From Promethearchaeota archaeon (GTDB taxonomy: Archaea; Asgardarchaeota; Lokiarchaeia; Sigyniarchaeales; SOKP01): a DNA stretch of 64,000 nucleotides. The first letter of the stretch is position 1; every line of letters begins with the position of its first letter. Under the pieces are notes generated by a model. It did not search any database. It saw nothing but the letters and a program-made list of their open reading frames with translations, and was not told the origin of the DNA. Both the position numbers and the translations under genes were made by a program. This document shows positions 52,485-62,717 of the stretch, in pieces. The stretch spans positions 64,001 to 128,000 of the forward strand of contig JBHLNF010000004.1 of assembly GCA_048937405.1 (NCBI GenBank). The letters are read 5' to 3'.

Positions 52485-53417
52485 ATGACTAAGAATATAG
52501 CAATAGGTTTCGATCACTCCCATAATAATAAATTAACAATTGAAAACAATGCGTTTACTGATTTTATTCAGTATCTTTTTGATTCTGATTTTAAATTGGG
52601 AAAAATTGAAGCAGGTCTAACCTGTGAAAAGTTAAATAATTATGATCTCTTTATAATCGGTGTACCTCATCTTGGTCCAGATCTTGATCCTGACGAAATC
52701 GACGATTTAGTTGAATATGTTAAGAATGGTGGAAGCCTCCTTATCATTAATGATGGGGGTGGGGATTATGAAAATAAAAATAATCTTTCTGAATTAACCA
52801 AAAACTTTGGTATTGCTTTTAATTCAGATATATTATTTGATGATAAAAGTTTCTCGAAAGAGAATTCTCACCCCATAATTAGAGATTTTAGAAGTCACTT
52901 TATCACAAGAGATATTACTCAGATTATTCATTCTAATGGCTGTTCTATAAAAATCGATAAATCGATTGAAGATGAAGATATTGATGTGAATGGCTTAGCA
53001 TTTTCTTCAGCAAATTCTTCATGGCAAAAGTATTTCAATGGGGATGAATGGTTAGAAAAATCTGAACAACATCTTCCAATCGCGGGGGTTTCACATTACA
53101 ACTCTGGAAAAGTCGTTGCTATCGGAAATTTATCACTATTTTCAAGTTTGAATAAATCTTACGGAATATTAGCGGGTGATAATTTTAAATTTGTTACAAA
53201 CATTGTTTCTTGGTTGTTAAATAAAATAGACTCTGATCAAGAGCTAGAATTAAAGCCAATACTTACTACTGTTGCTATTAACCAAGACTTATACTATTGG
53301 ATTAAAGAAATGGTTAACAAAGGGAGATGGGCAAATCTCGAGGAATTAGTCAATTTTGCTTTAAGAGTTGTAAAAATTAGATTGAAAGATGCAGAGAAAG
53401 ATGTCAGAGATGAATGA
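52485..53417 (+). CDS. GIFT/DUF4350 (IFT52/GldG-like) domain protein with C-terminal ribbon-helix-helix
   Basis: FDHSHN, YDLFIIGVP, YVKNGGSLLI, GKVVAIGN..LF; TVAINQDLYYWIKEMV..G..NLEELVNFAL. Confidence 0.65.
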   Translation: MTKNIAIGFDHSHNNKLTIENNAFTDFIQYLFDSDFKLGKIEAGLTCEKLNNYDLFIIGVPHLGPDLDPDEIDDLVEYVKNGGSLLIINDGGGDYENKNNLSELTKNFGIAFNSDILFDDKSFSKENSHPIIRDFRSHFITRDITQIIHSNGCSIKIDKSIEDEDIDVNGLAFSSANSSWQKYFNGDEWLEKSEQHLPIAGVSHYNSGKVVAIGNLSLFSSLNKSYGILAGDNFKFVTNIVSWLLNKIDSDQELELKPILTTVAINQDLYYWIKEMVNKGRWANLEELVNFALRVVKIRLKDAEKDVRDE

Positions 53418-53931
53418 AGAACAAGTATTAATAGGACTTATAAGCGATACACATGTACACTCAAATTTTCCAACCATCTTAAATAAAATTATAGATGATT
53501 TTAAAGAAAAGAAAATTGATTATTTAATTCATTTAGGAGATTATACAAGTTATACCATATATGAAAACTTCCAGAATATATTCAGTAAGGAGAAATTTAT
53601 TGGAATTAAAGGTAATATGGATGATTCAAATTTGAAGGAAGAACTTCCAGAAAAAATGGAATTAGAATTATTTGGACATAAAATATTTATTACTCATGGT
53701 GAGGGTGGACCTCACAATATTATAAAGCTTTTAAACAGAAGATTTGATTTATCTAATTATGATGTCATAATTTTTGGACATGCACACCGACCTTTTAATG
53801 AAACTTGGGAAGATGGAAAATTATATATCAACCCTGGCTCTCCAACAGATAAAAGATTTACTAAAATTAACTCCTATGGATACTTAAAACTCTCTCATGA
53901 AAAAATTGAGCCAGAAATAATATATTTATAG
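53410..53931 (+). CDS. YfcE/Vps29-family metallophosphoesterase
   Basis: ISDTH, HLGD, GNMD, THG, FGHAH, NPGS. Confidence 0.92.
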   Translation: MNEEQVLIGLISDTHVHSNFPTILNKIIDDFKEKKIDYLIHLGDYTSYTIYENFQNIFSKEKFIGIKGNMDDSNLKEELPEKMELELFGHKIFITHGEGGPHNIIKLLNRRFDLSNYDVIIFGHAHRPFNETWEDGKLYINPGSPTDKRFTKINSYGYLKLSHEKIEPEIIYL

Positions 53932-54256
53932 CTGAATATTCTCTTAAAAATAAAATTTATATTTAATAAATTTCTATAAAATTAAATCCTAACAAAATAA
54001 ATCTAGTCCAAATCATAAAATCTTCAATAAATGAGCGATCAAAATTAGACAGATAAAATACATTAAAAATTACTTTTGGGTTATAATTCTAATTAGCGGT
54101 ATAATACTATTAATATCTTCATTTATTAATAAAGGTGAAAAAAAAGAAGAGTCAACTAGTAAATCATTAGATTATAGAAGATACATCTGGATTCTACCTC
54201 TTATCGCGGGTATCCTCACTTTTATCTCGTTTTTTACTCCATCGGCTTATTTTGAT

Positions 54257-54751
54257 ATGATGGGTATTAAGGAATATTATTGGATGTGGGGATTATATTA
54301 TAATAAGATTCCTGGGTTTAGTACTACTACAACTTTATTACCTTTGGAGGAACCAGCACAATATATGATACCTATATTTTTATCAGGTATTTTTAGTGCT
54401 ATAATAATATTTTTTTGCTCATTAATACCTATAGGTGAAGCAAATAGACTAAAAAAGAATAGAAAAGACTCTAAAAATATTGGTATTAGATTAATTGGAG
54501 AAGGAATTTTAATACTTATAGCTATAATTGTCTATGTCATCGCAATAGAAATCACTACGACAAATTACACTGAATTTATTTTCTCTGACTTATATGATGA
54601 TGACTATATCAGTCTTTTTAGATATGAATTTGAATTTTGGGATATATATGATCCTGGTTTCGCTATTATTGGACCAATAATAGGCGCTTCGCTCAATATT
54701 ATTGCGGGCGGAGTTATCATATATCTTAATTCCAGAGAAAATGTTATGTAA
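54257..54751 (+). CDS. Membrane protein; frame is open upstream to 54035, so true start uncertain
   Basis: Hydrophobic helices, PGFAIIGP; upstream in-frame TM segment YIWILPLIAGILTFISFFTP. Confidence 0.6.
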   Translation: MMGIKEYYWMWGLYYNKIPGFSTTTTLLPLEEPAQYMIPIFLSGIFSAIIIFFCSLIPIGEANRLKKNRKDSKNIGIRLIGEGILILIAIIVYVIAIEITTTNYTEFIFSDLYDDDYISLFRYEFEFWDIYDPGFAIIGPIIGASLNIIAGGVIIYLNSRENVM

Positions 54752-54999
54752 ATCGGAAAAATGAGAGATTTTATACATAAAAGACCGATTCAATAAACAA
54801 TTTTTTATCTTAAATATTTTCCGGAGCTTGGATAAAAAATTTTATATAAAGAAAGTTAATCTTATAGAATTTATGAATTTAACTCCCAATCTTAGAAGAT
54901 AAGGCTTAAATGATTTGTAAGGAATTAAATTTATGAATATCTTAGATTTTTAGAGTTATCTGAATCAAATTCATTTTAATTTAATAGAAAAAAATTAGA

Positions 55000-55623
55000 T
55001 TAAGCACTCTCCATAGATTTTCCAGAGAGTTTTTTGTAATGATTGAGCACTGCTTGACGAGCAGCATAAACAAAAGCTCTTTTTACATTAACTCCTTGAA
55101 TAGCAATAGTCTCATATATTAGTACATGGTTCAGTTTTGCAGTATCAAGTGCTTGACGTATTTTAGATATCTCTACAATGTCCTCTAAATCCCTTTTATT
55201 AGCTAAAACTACTGTTGGTACTTCTGGGGGATCAAATTCTTTAGCGGGTATTAATTTATCTCCGTAGAATCGGAGTAATTCTTTTAAACTCCAAATGTTC
55301 TCGCCCCATTGATCTATTAACGAATCCCAGGTAAAAATACATGCATCAGTTCCTTTGAGAACTGTTTGTCGTTGAAATTTATGTCTTCGCTGCCCAGCTA
55401 CGGTATAAACTTGAAATACTACATTTGAAACCCTTGCAACTACACGATCGAAAAAGAGTGTTCGGCCAGTTGGGTCTTGTATCTGTTGCATATCTCCTGT
55501 GGCTAATCCCTCTTTTTTATAAACCCAGTCCAACGCCGTAGTCTTTCCTCCTAAACTTGGGCCATAAAAACAAATTTTGAAAACAAGTGTTCCGTCTCCC
55601 CGACGACTTGGCAAATATATCAA
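55000..55623 (-). CDS. MglA-like small GTPase
   Basis: KICFYGPSLGGKTT, RTLFFD, YTVAGQ, NKRDL, ETIA..G.NV. Confidence 0.9.
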   Translation of the reverse strand: MIYLPSRRGDGTLVFKICFYGPSLGGKTTALDWVYKKEGLATGDMQQIQDPTGRTLFFDRVVARVSNVVFQVYTVAGQRRHKFQRQTVLKGTDACIFTWDSLIDQWGENIWSLKELLRFYGDKLIPAKEFDPPEVPTVVLANKRDLEDIVEISKIRQALDTAKLNHVLIYETIAIQGVNVKRAFVYAARQAVLNHYKKLSGKSMESA

Positions 55624-55888
55624 TCCTCGCTTTTAAATTATCAAAAATTATTAATTAAATCTTATTAAATCTATAACACTCTTGTAATATAAAAATTTGC
55701 ATAAGAAAAGTTTTGCGATTTATAAATAATGAAGGCATTGTTTTTATATGTATTTAGCTTTATTATCTGAATACTATATGAAAATTGATGTATTATAAAA
55801 AACGAAAAGAGATAAAAACTACAGGTAATTAGGTTAAGAATCTAAAATCTAATATCATAAAATAATATTTTTAATCATAAGAAACGAT

Positions 55889-58129
55889 TTAGACTATTTC
55901 TGGAATTAAGAGGATAAATTTACTTCCTTTTGAGTAATCACTTTTTACTTTATTCTCAACCCATATTTTTCCCTTGTATCCCTTAATTATTTTTTTCACA
56001 AGAGATAAACCTATTCCCATACCTTTTGACCCTTTTAATTCTCTATTACCTCGGTTAAATATTATTTCCTTTCTATCGTCTGGGACTCCTATTCCATTGT
56101 CACTGAATTCCATTCTGATATATTTTTTCCCTTCAATTTGAGTTTCTGTTGCATTAACATCAATCTCAATACTTAGGTGCTCATTATACTTAGCACTATT
56201 TATTAAAATATTATCAAATACATCTTGGAGAAGCTCATTAGCATCAGCAATTAAATGATCTATATCACATTTTATAGTGATATTAATGTTTTTATCATCA
56301 TATGCTTTATTGACAAACTCAATTGATTGTTCCATTAATTTGCATATTTTTGTAGGACTAGTATAAATTTTTTCTTCCTCAAGTTGAGATAAAGTATTTA
56401 CATTTTGAACTAATTTAGCACCTCTCTCAACTTGTTTTCTTATAATATTTGAAATATCTTCTATAACTTTAGATTTTTCAGATCCACCTACATGATAAGG
56501 AATAAGTTCTGCTGAAGAGTTAATAATATGAAGAATATTATTTATATCGTGAGCAAAGAGATCTTTATAAAAATTAGCTCTATTAAAAGCTCTGCGGTAT
56601 TTCTCTTCAGATAAAATTAGAGCTTTTTCTGCCTTTTTGCGTTCGGTTATATCTAATACCATAGATCGAGATTCAATGATATTTCCTTCTTGATCAAAAA
56701 CAGGTTTTACAGTTAAACTGACCCAAATTGTTGTCCCATCTTTTTTTTTTATCATTAATTCTTGATCTTGAACTTTTTCTCCTTTTAGGAACCTTTTAAA
56801 AAGTTGTTTAGCTTTTGTTAAACTATTCTCATCGTTAATATATAAATCTAACACACTCATTTCCTTAAATTCATTTTTTGTATAACCAAGAAGGTTCTCT
56901 GCTGCTTTATTGCAATTTGTAATTTTATTTTCTTTTCCGATTGAAAAGTAGGCATTAGGGGCATCTTCATAAAGTTCTCGATATTTTTCTTCTGATTCTT
57001 TTATTTTCCTATCAATTCTTTTACGTTCTGTTATATCTCTTGAAATAATAAGTGCTTTGAATTCTCCATCTATATCATAAAAACCTTTTCCCTTTGATTC
57101 AATCCATACCCAATGACCATCTTTATGTCGAAAACGTAATTCCGCTCCACCTTCACCATGTTTAAATCCTTCAAATAGTGTTCGAGATATTCTTGTTAAA
57201 TCATCAGGGTGAATGAATTTCAAAGCAGATTTTCCAATAATATCTTCTTCTGTGTACCCCAAAATTTGTTGAAATGCATTAATATTCATATATTCATATT
57301 TAAATTTCTTATTTAATACTCCAATTAAATCATAAGCAGTCTCGGAGATTAATCTATATTTTTCTTCGGATTCTCTTAATTTTTCCTCTGCCAATTTGCG
57401 GTCATTAATATCTCTCGCTATTGAGAGAATCTTCTTATGCCCTTTACCATTATAAAAATATTTACCCGCAAATTCAAACCATTTATAATTTCCAAATTTA
57501 TCCTTAAATCTGGCTTCATACGAGCCTTTTCCTCTTTTTAAATTCTTAACTGTAGACCGAATAGCATGTCTGATATCTTCAGGATGGAGAAATGGAAGGT
57601 GAGTTTGACCAATCAAGTCTTTTTCTGTAAATTCTAATAAACGTTTATGTACATTTTCATTGATATATTCGAATTCGAATCTATCATTTAAAACTCTAAT
57701 TAAATCATTAGCATTTTCAGATATCAGTCTATATTTCTCTTCTGACTCTTTCAACTTATCCTCGGCTATCTTTCTTTTTGTAATGTCTCTTGATATTATG
57801 AGAAATTTTAATTCTCCATCTTTATCTACAAATTGTCTACCATTTGATTCAATCCAAATAAAGTGCCCTTCTTTATGCTTGAATCTTAATGCAAGATAAG
57901 GGATACTAGTATGTAATAAATTATCGAATTCATATATAACGTTATTATGATCTTCAAGATATATAAAATCCAAGAGTTTTCTGCCTATTAAATCTTTACT
58001 AGAATAGCCTGTTAACTTATAGTGCATACTTTCATTCACAAATTCATAGATTAAATCCTGATTTATAATCGAAACTAAATCGTTTATTTGTTTTACTATA
58101 ATTTCATTTATTTCTCCCGATCTAATCAA
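55889..58129 (-). CDS. Cytoplasmic multi-PAS sensor histidine kinase
   Basis: Four PAS/PAC units (RDIT/LDIT ends), H-box AHDINN, NSAKY, DNGIG, GMGIGL. Confidence 0.93.
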   Translation of the reverse strand: MIRSGEINEIIVKQINDLVSIINQDLIYEFVNESMHYKLTGYSSKDLIGRKLLDFIYLEDHNNVIYEFDNLLHTSIPYLALRFKHKEGHFIWIESNGRQFVDKDGELKFLIISRDITKRKIAEDKLKESEEKYRLISENANDLIRVLNDRFEFEYINENVHKRLLEFTEKDLIGQTHLPFLHPEDIRHAIRSTVKNLKRGKGSYEARFKDKFGNYKWFEFAGKYFYNGKGHKKILSIARDINDRKLAEEKLRESEEKYRLISETAYDLIGVLNKKFKYEYMNINAFQQILGYTEEDIIGKSALKFIHPDDLTRISRTLFEGFKHGEGGAELRFRHKDGHWVWIESKGKGFYDIDGEFKALIISRDITERKRIDRKIKESEEKYRELYEDAPNAYFSIGKENKITNCNKAAENLLGYTKNEFKEMSVLDLYINDENSLTKAKQLFKRFLKGEKVQDQELMIKKKDGTTIWVSLTVKPVFDQEGNIIESRSMVLDITERKKAEKALILSEEKYRRAFNRANFYKDLFAHDINNILHIINSSAELIPYHVGGSEKSKVIEDISNIIRKQVERGAKLVQNVNTLSQLEEEKIYTSPTKICKLMEQSIEFVNKAYDDKNINITIKCDIDHLIADANELLQDVFDNILINSAKYNEHLSIEIDVNATETQIEGKKYIRMEFSDNGIGVPDDRKEIIFNRGNRELKGSKGMGIGLSLVKKIIKGYKGKIWVENKVKSDYSKGSKFILLIPEIV

Positions 58130-58460
58130 TATTAATCCTCTTCTTATCTTTTTATATTGTTTTCCTCTTCGAGTGATGTTAGGAATATTTTTAAAATTAG
58201 ATAGAAATTTGTCTTTCTTTCCAAATACAGAATAAATTGAGATTATTTATGTTTTTATTTTTCGACAAAAGGAAAAATGAAAAGGAAAAGTCAATATAAT
58301 TGATTCTTAATAGCTTATTTGGAAATTCATAAAATGATGTTAAATTTAAGAGAATTTTATGATATTGTAAAATCATTTGTTTTTGAGAATATTAAAAAAT
58401 AAGTTTTTTCATGATATAATAAGCAATTTAATTGTTTTAGATAACAAAATATTTTAGGTC

Positions 58461-61400
58461 ATGAAAATGAAAACTTTTTTAAAGTCAAATGGGTTATCTG
58501 ATAATGCTATTAAAATATATCTTGATGGATTAGGGAGACTACCTTATACTTTTAGTGAAATTCAATGTATTCTCCCAAATCTTTCAGAAAACGATGTAAA
58601 AGAAATTATTGATGAGCTTATTTCAAAAAAATTGATTATAATTATTACTCCAAAATATTCAAAATCATTACCTCACTATATTATTATCCCTCCATTTGCA
58701 TTGTTAATTAATAGTTTATCTGGATCAGCAAATAGTTCTGAAGAGAATGATACTCAAAATCCTAAAAATACTTTTTCATTAGAGGGATTTCAGGAAGCTA
58801 TTTATCAAGATTTTGAAAGTATTACGGAAGATTTAATTGATACTATTAGTAAACAAGAAAGTTCTATTCAAACAACAGAGATTTTAGCTGAAGTTGAAAA
58901 TAATGTAAAAAAGTTTGCTCAAGTAATATTAAATGAAGTTATAGAATTAATTTCCCCTCTTAAAATGCAATCGGGTATAGATGGTCGCGACTTAAATAAA
59001 CTTATTAGTTTAGTTAAACAAAAAATTTCAGAATCAGAAGAAATTGTAACTAATATGTTCACCCAATTTAAGGATGTCGTAAATGAAATGACCCCATCTA
59101 ATAATATATCGCATATTGAGGGACTTAAAGTCTTTATACGTAGATTAGGAGAATCAATCGAGCAGCGAGTTGATCAAATTTCTTTAGGAACTGATTTAGT
59201 CTCTTTAAATAAAATAAAATCAATTAAATCTTCTATAAATAATATATTAACAAATTATCTTAGCATTTTTAAAGTTTCAACAGAAAAATTTTGGGAAATT
59301 GATAATAATGAGAAAATTAAAGAGATTATTTCAATATTATTAGAAATATGTACTAGTAATTTGACTATAATAGTGCCTCATATTGAAGATTTTATCCCAT
59401 TAGAGAAATTAGCATTGGATTACTCAAAAGGTCTCGAAATAGAGAGGAAAGATACTAAAAAAACAAAAATCTCTAAAAAACCAGGATATAAAGGGCAATT
59501 AATTACAAAAAAGCAAAAAAAGGAAATTGAAGATAAACTTGATCTTACTGCTAAAAAAGTAGCAGAATTAAAGGGATTTGAATTAAGTCATGATATTGCA
59601 GAGATATTATCAATTATTTCTGAAATAAATCCAGAGTCTATGGCTATAGAAAGTATTCAAGGCTGGTTGAATAGACTCCTAGTTATCAGAAAACATCTGG
59701 ATTCAAACACTCAATATCTTCTCCTAGAAAATATTGAAAAATGGAAAAAAAATTTTGCCAAAGTAAAGAAAAAAGAGGAAAAGCCAAAAGAGGAATTGAT
59801 TGATGAGTTAAAAGAGAAAATTTCTAAAGAAAAACCTTCTTCTATTGGTTTACAAATAAAAATTATTTCATCGGAATCTCATGATAATAAGCATGCCATA
59901 GCTTTGGCAAATATAACGAATATTGAATATTTACAAATAAAAAGTAATGAAACTATTGCGATTATAGGGGATAATTCTTATTTAGTTATTGGAATCTGCC
60001 ATCATCTAAATAATAAATCAACTTATGAAATTGGAGGATTTTTTACAACATATTTACCTATACTCAAAATTTTTCAACCTTTTATTGAGAGAATTAAAAA
60101 TAAAGCAATTTATTCAAAAGAAATTGAAATTAACAGAGGTTTTAATGAAATCATTGAAAATATTAATGATTATACAGGAAAAAAAATCAGCAGGAAATTA
60201 AAGAGGTTATTAGATGTTGCCTTTGAACAGGACGGAATCTCTCTTGATATTTTAGAATTAAAATTATTAGTAGGGAAATTAGAGAAACACTATCATCCAT
60301 TAGATGATGAAATGAAGGAATATGTGATCAATGAACTCAATAAATTAAATAAGAAATTTTCTAACTTAGAATTAATTTATCCTCCAGATTTTAGACCAAC
60401 AATTATAGAAGCAGATACTAAAGGTGAATTAGAGTTTGAGATTACACCTGCTGAGATTGAACCTCTTGATCCAGAAAAAATTAATAACCTATTCGAATTA
60501 TTGATGGATAAAATAGATGATCTTAAGGGCACGGAAATAGGCGAGCAAATTGATAAATTTATAGAAGTAATTTTGAAATTACAGGGCTATTCCGAAATTA
60601 TTGAATGGAAAAAGAGTCTACGCTCCGTTAATGAGACTTTAGAAGAACCATTTAAAGAAAAAATTAAGAAGGATTTATTAAGTTGGAAAGAGGGAATATT
60701 GCACCAATCAATATCTTCTGATGAATCAACAAGAGAGGAAGCAATTGGAAAAGATGTACAATCACAAAGCATCCATTCTGAAAAGATGACAGCATCATCA
60801 ATTTATGAAGAAGAATATACTAGTCCAGGAATGGCACAATCACAATTTGGGAATGAAGATGAATCGGCTTCTACTGATGATTCAGATAAATCTGATTCTG
60901 AAAAAGAAATGAGAGAATTATTTAATACTATTGAGGAAAACTTAGGGGAATTAAGTGGAACTGAAATAAGTAAGAAATTGCAAAATATTGTTGATATTAT
61001 ATTAGAAAATGAAGGATATTCTATGGCTCTTAAGGAAATTAAAGACTGGATTAGCAAACTACGAATGATTAGAACTCCACTTGAAACTGAAATTAAGGAA
61101 GATTTTGAATTAGAATTTTTAAAGTTAAAACAAAAATATATTGTTGAAGATGGCAAAACTAATTTAGATTTTAGTCCATCATTTGAGAAGTTTGAAGAAT
61201 CTGTAGAGGAAAGTGGAAAAGGAGGAAGCTTAAGTGAAAAATTTAACAACTTGTCACAAACCACAGCTACTCAGAATGGTAATAAATTAAGTGAAGATTT
61301 ACAAGTGATCGCCGATATTGTATTACAATCGCACGGTGCTGTAGCTGTAAATGTTATTAGGCAATGGATCAGTCGATTAAGGTCAATAAAAGAACCATTG

Positions 61401-61463
61401 GAAGAAGATATAAAAGAAGAGTTTTTAGCTGAAGTTGAAAAATGGAAGGAGAAATTTACTTAG
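58461..61463 (+). CDS. Large helical protein: TrmB-like N-terminal wHTH plus five ~70-aa helical repeats
   Basis: GLSDNAIKIYL...TFSEI...ELISKKLI; repeated F..l...l..l.G.el...l..i...i....G.....i..Wi..L....L....k...W unit. Confidence 0.7.
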   Translation: MKMKTFLKSNGLSDNAIKIYLDGLGRLPYTFSEIQCILPNLSENDVKEIIDELISKKLIIIITPKYSKSLPHYIIIPPFALLINSLSGSANSSEENDTQNPKNTFSLEGFQEAIYQDFESITEDLIDTISKQESSIQTTEILAEVENNVKKFAQVILNEVIELISPLKMQSGIDGRDLNKLISLVKQKISESEEIVTNMFTQFKDVVNEMTPSNNISHIEGLKVFIRRLGESIEQRVDQISLGTDLVSLNKIKSIKSSINNILTNYLSIFKVSTEKFWEIDNNEKIKEIISILLEICTSNLTIIVPHIEDFIPLEKLALDYSKGLEIERKDTKKTKISKKPGYKGQLITKKQKKEIEDKLDLTAKKVAELKGFELSHDIAEILSIISEINPESMAIESIQGWLNRLLVIRKHLDSNTQYLLLENIEKWKKNFAKVKKKEEKPKEELIDELKEKISKEKPSSIGLQIKIISSESHDNKHAIALANITNIEYLQIKSNETIAIIGDNSYLVIGICHHLNNKSTYEIGGFFTTYLPILKIFQPFIERIKNKAIYSKEIEINRGFNEIIENINDYTGKKISRKLKRLLDVAFEQDGISLDILELKLLVGKLEKHYHPLDDEMKEYVINELNKLNKKFSNLELIYPPDFRPTIIEADTKGELEFEITPAEIEPLDPEKINNLFELLMDKIDDLKGTEIGEQIDKFIEVILKLQGYSEIIEWKKSLRSVNETLEEPFKEKIKKDLLSWKEGILHQSISSDESTREEAIGKDVQSQSIHSEKMTASSIYEEEYTSPGMAQSQFGNEDESASTDDSDKSDSEKEMRELFNTIEENLGELSGTEISKKLQNIVDIILENEGYSMALKEIKDWISKLRMIRTPLETEIKEDFELEFLKLKQKYIVEDGKTNLDFSPSFEKFEESVEESGKGGSLSEKFNNLSQTTATQNGNKLSEDLQVIADIVLQSHGAVAVNVIRQWISRLRSIKEPLEEDIKEEFLAEVEKWKEKFT

Positions 61464-61473
61464 GACTTTAACC

Positions 61474-62622
61474 TTAATAAAAAGGATTATGATATTTCTC
61501 TTTCTTTTTATTATATAAGGTTCTTAATTTAATTTCTTTCCCGATTAGGCCTTCAATATGACATAAATATTCATATTCATCTTTTAAACAAAGAGTAATT
61601 GCAATTCCCTTTTTACGCATTCGTGAGGTCCGCCCTATTCGATGAACATAATTATCGGGAAACTTTGGTATGTCATAATTTATCACATGAGATATATTAT
61701 CTATATCAAGACCTCTTGCCGCCACATCAGTTGCAATAAGTAAATTAATCTCATGATCCCTAAATTTCTGTAAAATTTTCTCTCTCTTAAATTGAGATAA
61801 ATCCCCTGAGATAACACCTATTTTTAAATTGATACCTTTGTATGATTTTAGTCTTTTTTCTAACCACGATGAGGTTTTTTTTGTATTAACAAATACTAAC
61901 GCATGTTTTGGTTTTTCAAGCTTTAAAATTTTGATAAATGTCCTTAACTTTTCCTCAAATCTTTCAATTAAATAATAGACCTGTAATGTACTTCCAACAG
62001 TTAGATTGTCTCTGCTTAAATTTAAAAATTCAAATTTGTTTCCTGTATGCGTTTTAACCAATTTTCTCATATCTGAATCTAAAGTTGCTGAAAAAAGCAT
62101 AAATTGAAAATCTGATCTTATTTTGCTTAAAATATATTTCACATCAGGAGCAAATCCCATGTCCCAAAGGCGATCTCCTTCATCTAAACAAACAAAACGA
62201 ATATTGTTAAGCCTAAGTTCCTTTCTTTTGTAAAGGTCAATTATTCTACCTGGTGTACCGACAATTATATTAACTCCATTCTTTAATTTTTGAATTTGAT
62301 TGTTAATAGAGACACCACCATAAATTGTCATTGATTTGACTTTAGGATTTCTTAAATCCTTAATAACTTTATTTATTTGTTTGGCAAGCTCTCTTGTAGG
62401 GACTAAAATTAAAGCTTCATTATTAAGATATTTTAACTGCTCAATAATGGGGAGAATAAAAGCTAGTGTTTTCCCACTCCCAGTTCGAGATTGGGTCATT
62501 AAATGATTGCCTTTTAAAACAAGAGGAATCGCTTTTTTCTGTACAGGTGTCGGTTTTAAAATATTTAACTTTTTTAAAGCAATATTATTTTTTTTACTAA
62601 TACCTAAATCTATAAAACTCAA
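61474..62622 (-). CDS. DEAD-box RNA helicase
   Basis: PTPVQ, TGSGKT, PTRELA, TPGR, DEGD, SAT, ARGLD, HRIGRTSR. Confidence 0.95.
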   Translation of the reverse strand: MSFIDLGISKKNNIALKKLNILKPTPVQKKAIPLVLKGNHLMTQSRTGSGKTLAFILPIIEQLKYLNNEALILVPTRELAKQINKVIKDLRNPKVKSMTIYGGVSINNQIQKLKNGVNIIVGTPGRIIDLYKRKELRLNNIRFVCLDEGDRLWDMGFAPDVKYILSKIRSDFQFMLFSATLDSDMRKLVKTHTGNKFEFLNLSRDNLTVGSTLQVYYLIERFEEKLRTFIKILKLEKPKHALVFVNTKKTSSWLEKRLKSYKGINLKIGVISGDLSQFKREKILQKFRDHEINLLIATDVAARGLDIDNISHVINYDIPKFPDNYVHRIGRTSRMRKKGIAITLCLKDEYEYLCHIEGLIGKEIKLRTLYNKKKEKYHNPFY

Positions 62623-62717
62623 TTTTATTATTCTCTATTACTTTTACTTTTTCACACATTGTCATATTAGATAAATTAATCAAGACAGATAAAGGTTCGC
62701 AAATCAATAATAAAATC

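Noticed and set aside
54770-54945. Possible decayed 3' end of the phosphoesterase gene (cataaaagaccgattcaataaa...gataaaaaattt)
   Set aside because: Would fit the gene-end pattern, but similarity is too weak in AT-rich DNA to support without a statistical alignment
55725-55885. Possible decayed 5' end of the 58461 gene (LSEYYMKIDV versus LSDNAIKIYL) beyond the histidine kinase
   Set aside because: Only a few matching codons; not distinguishable from chance by eye
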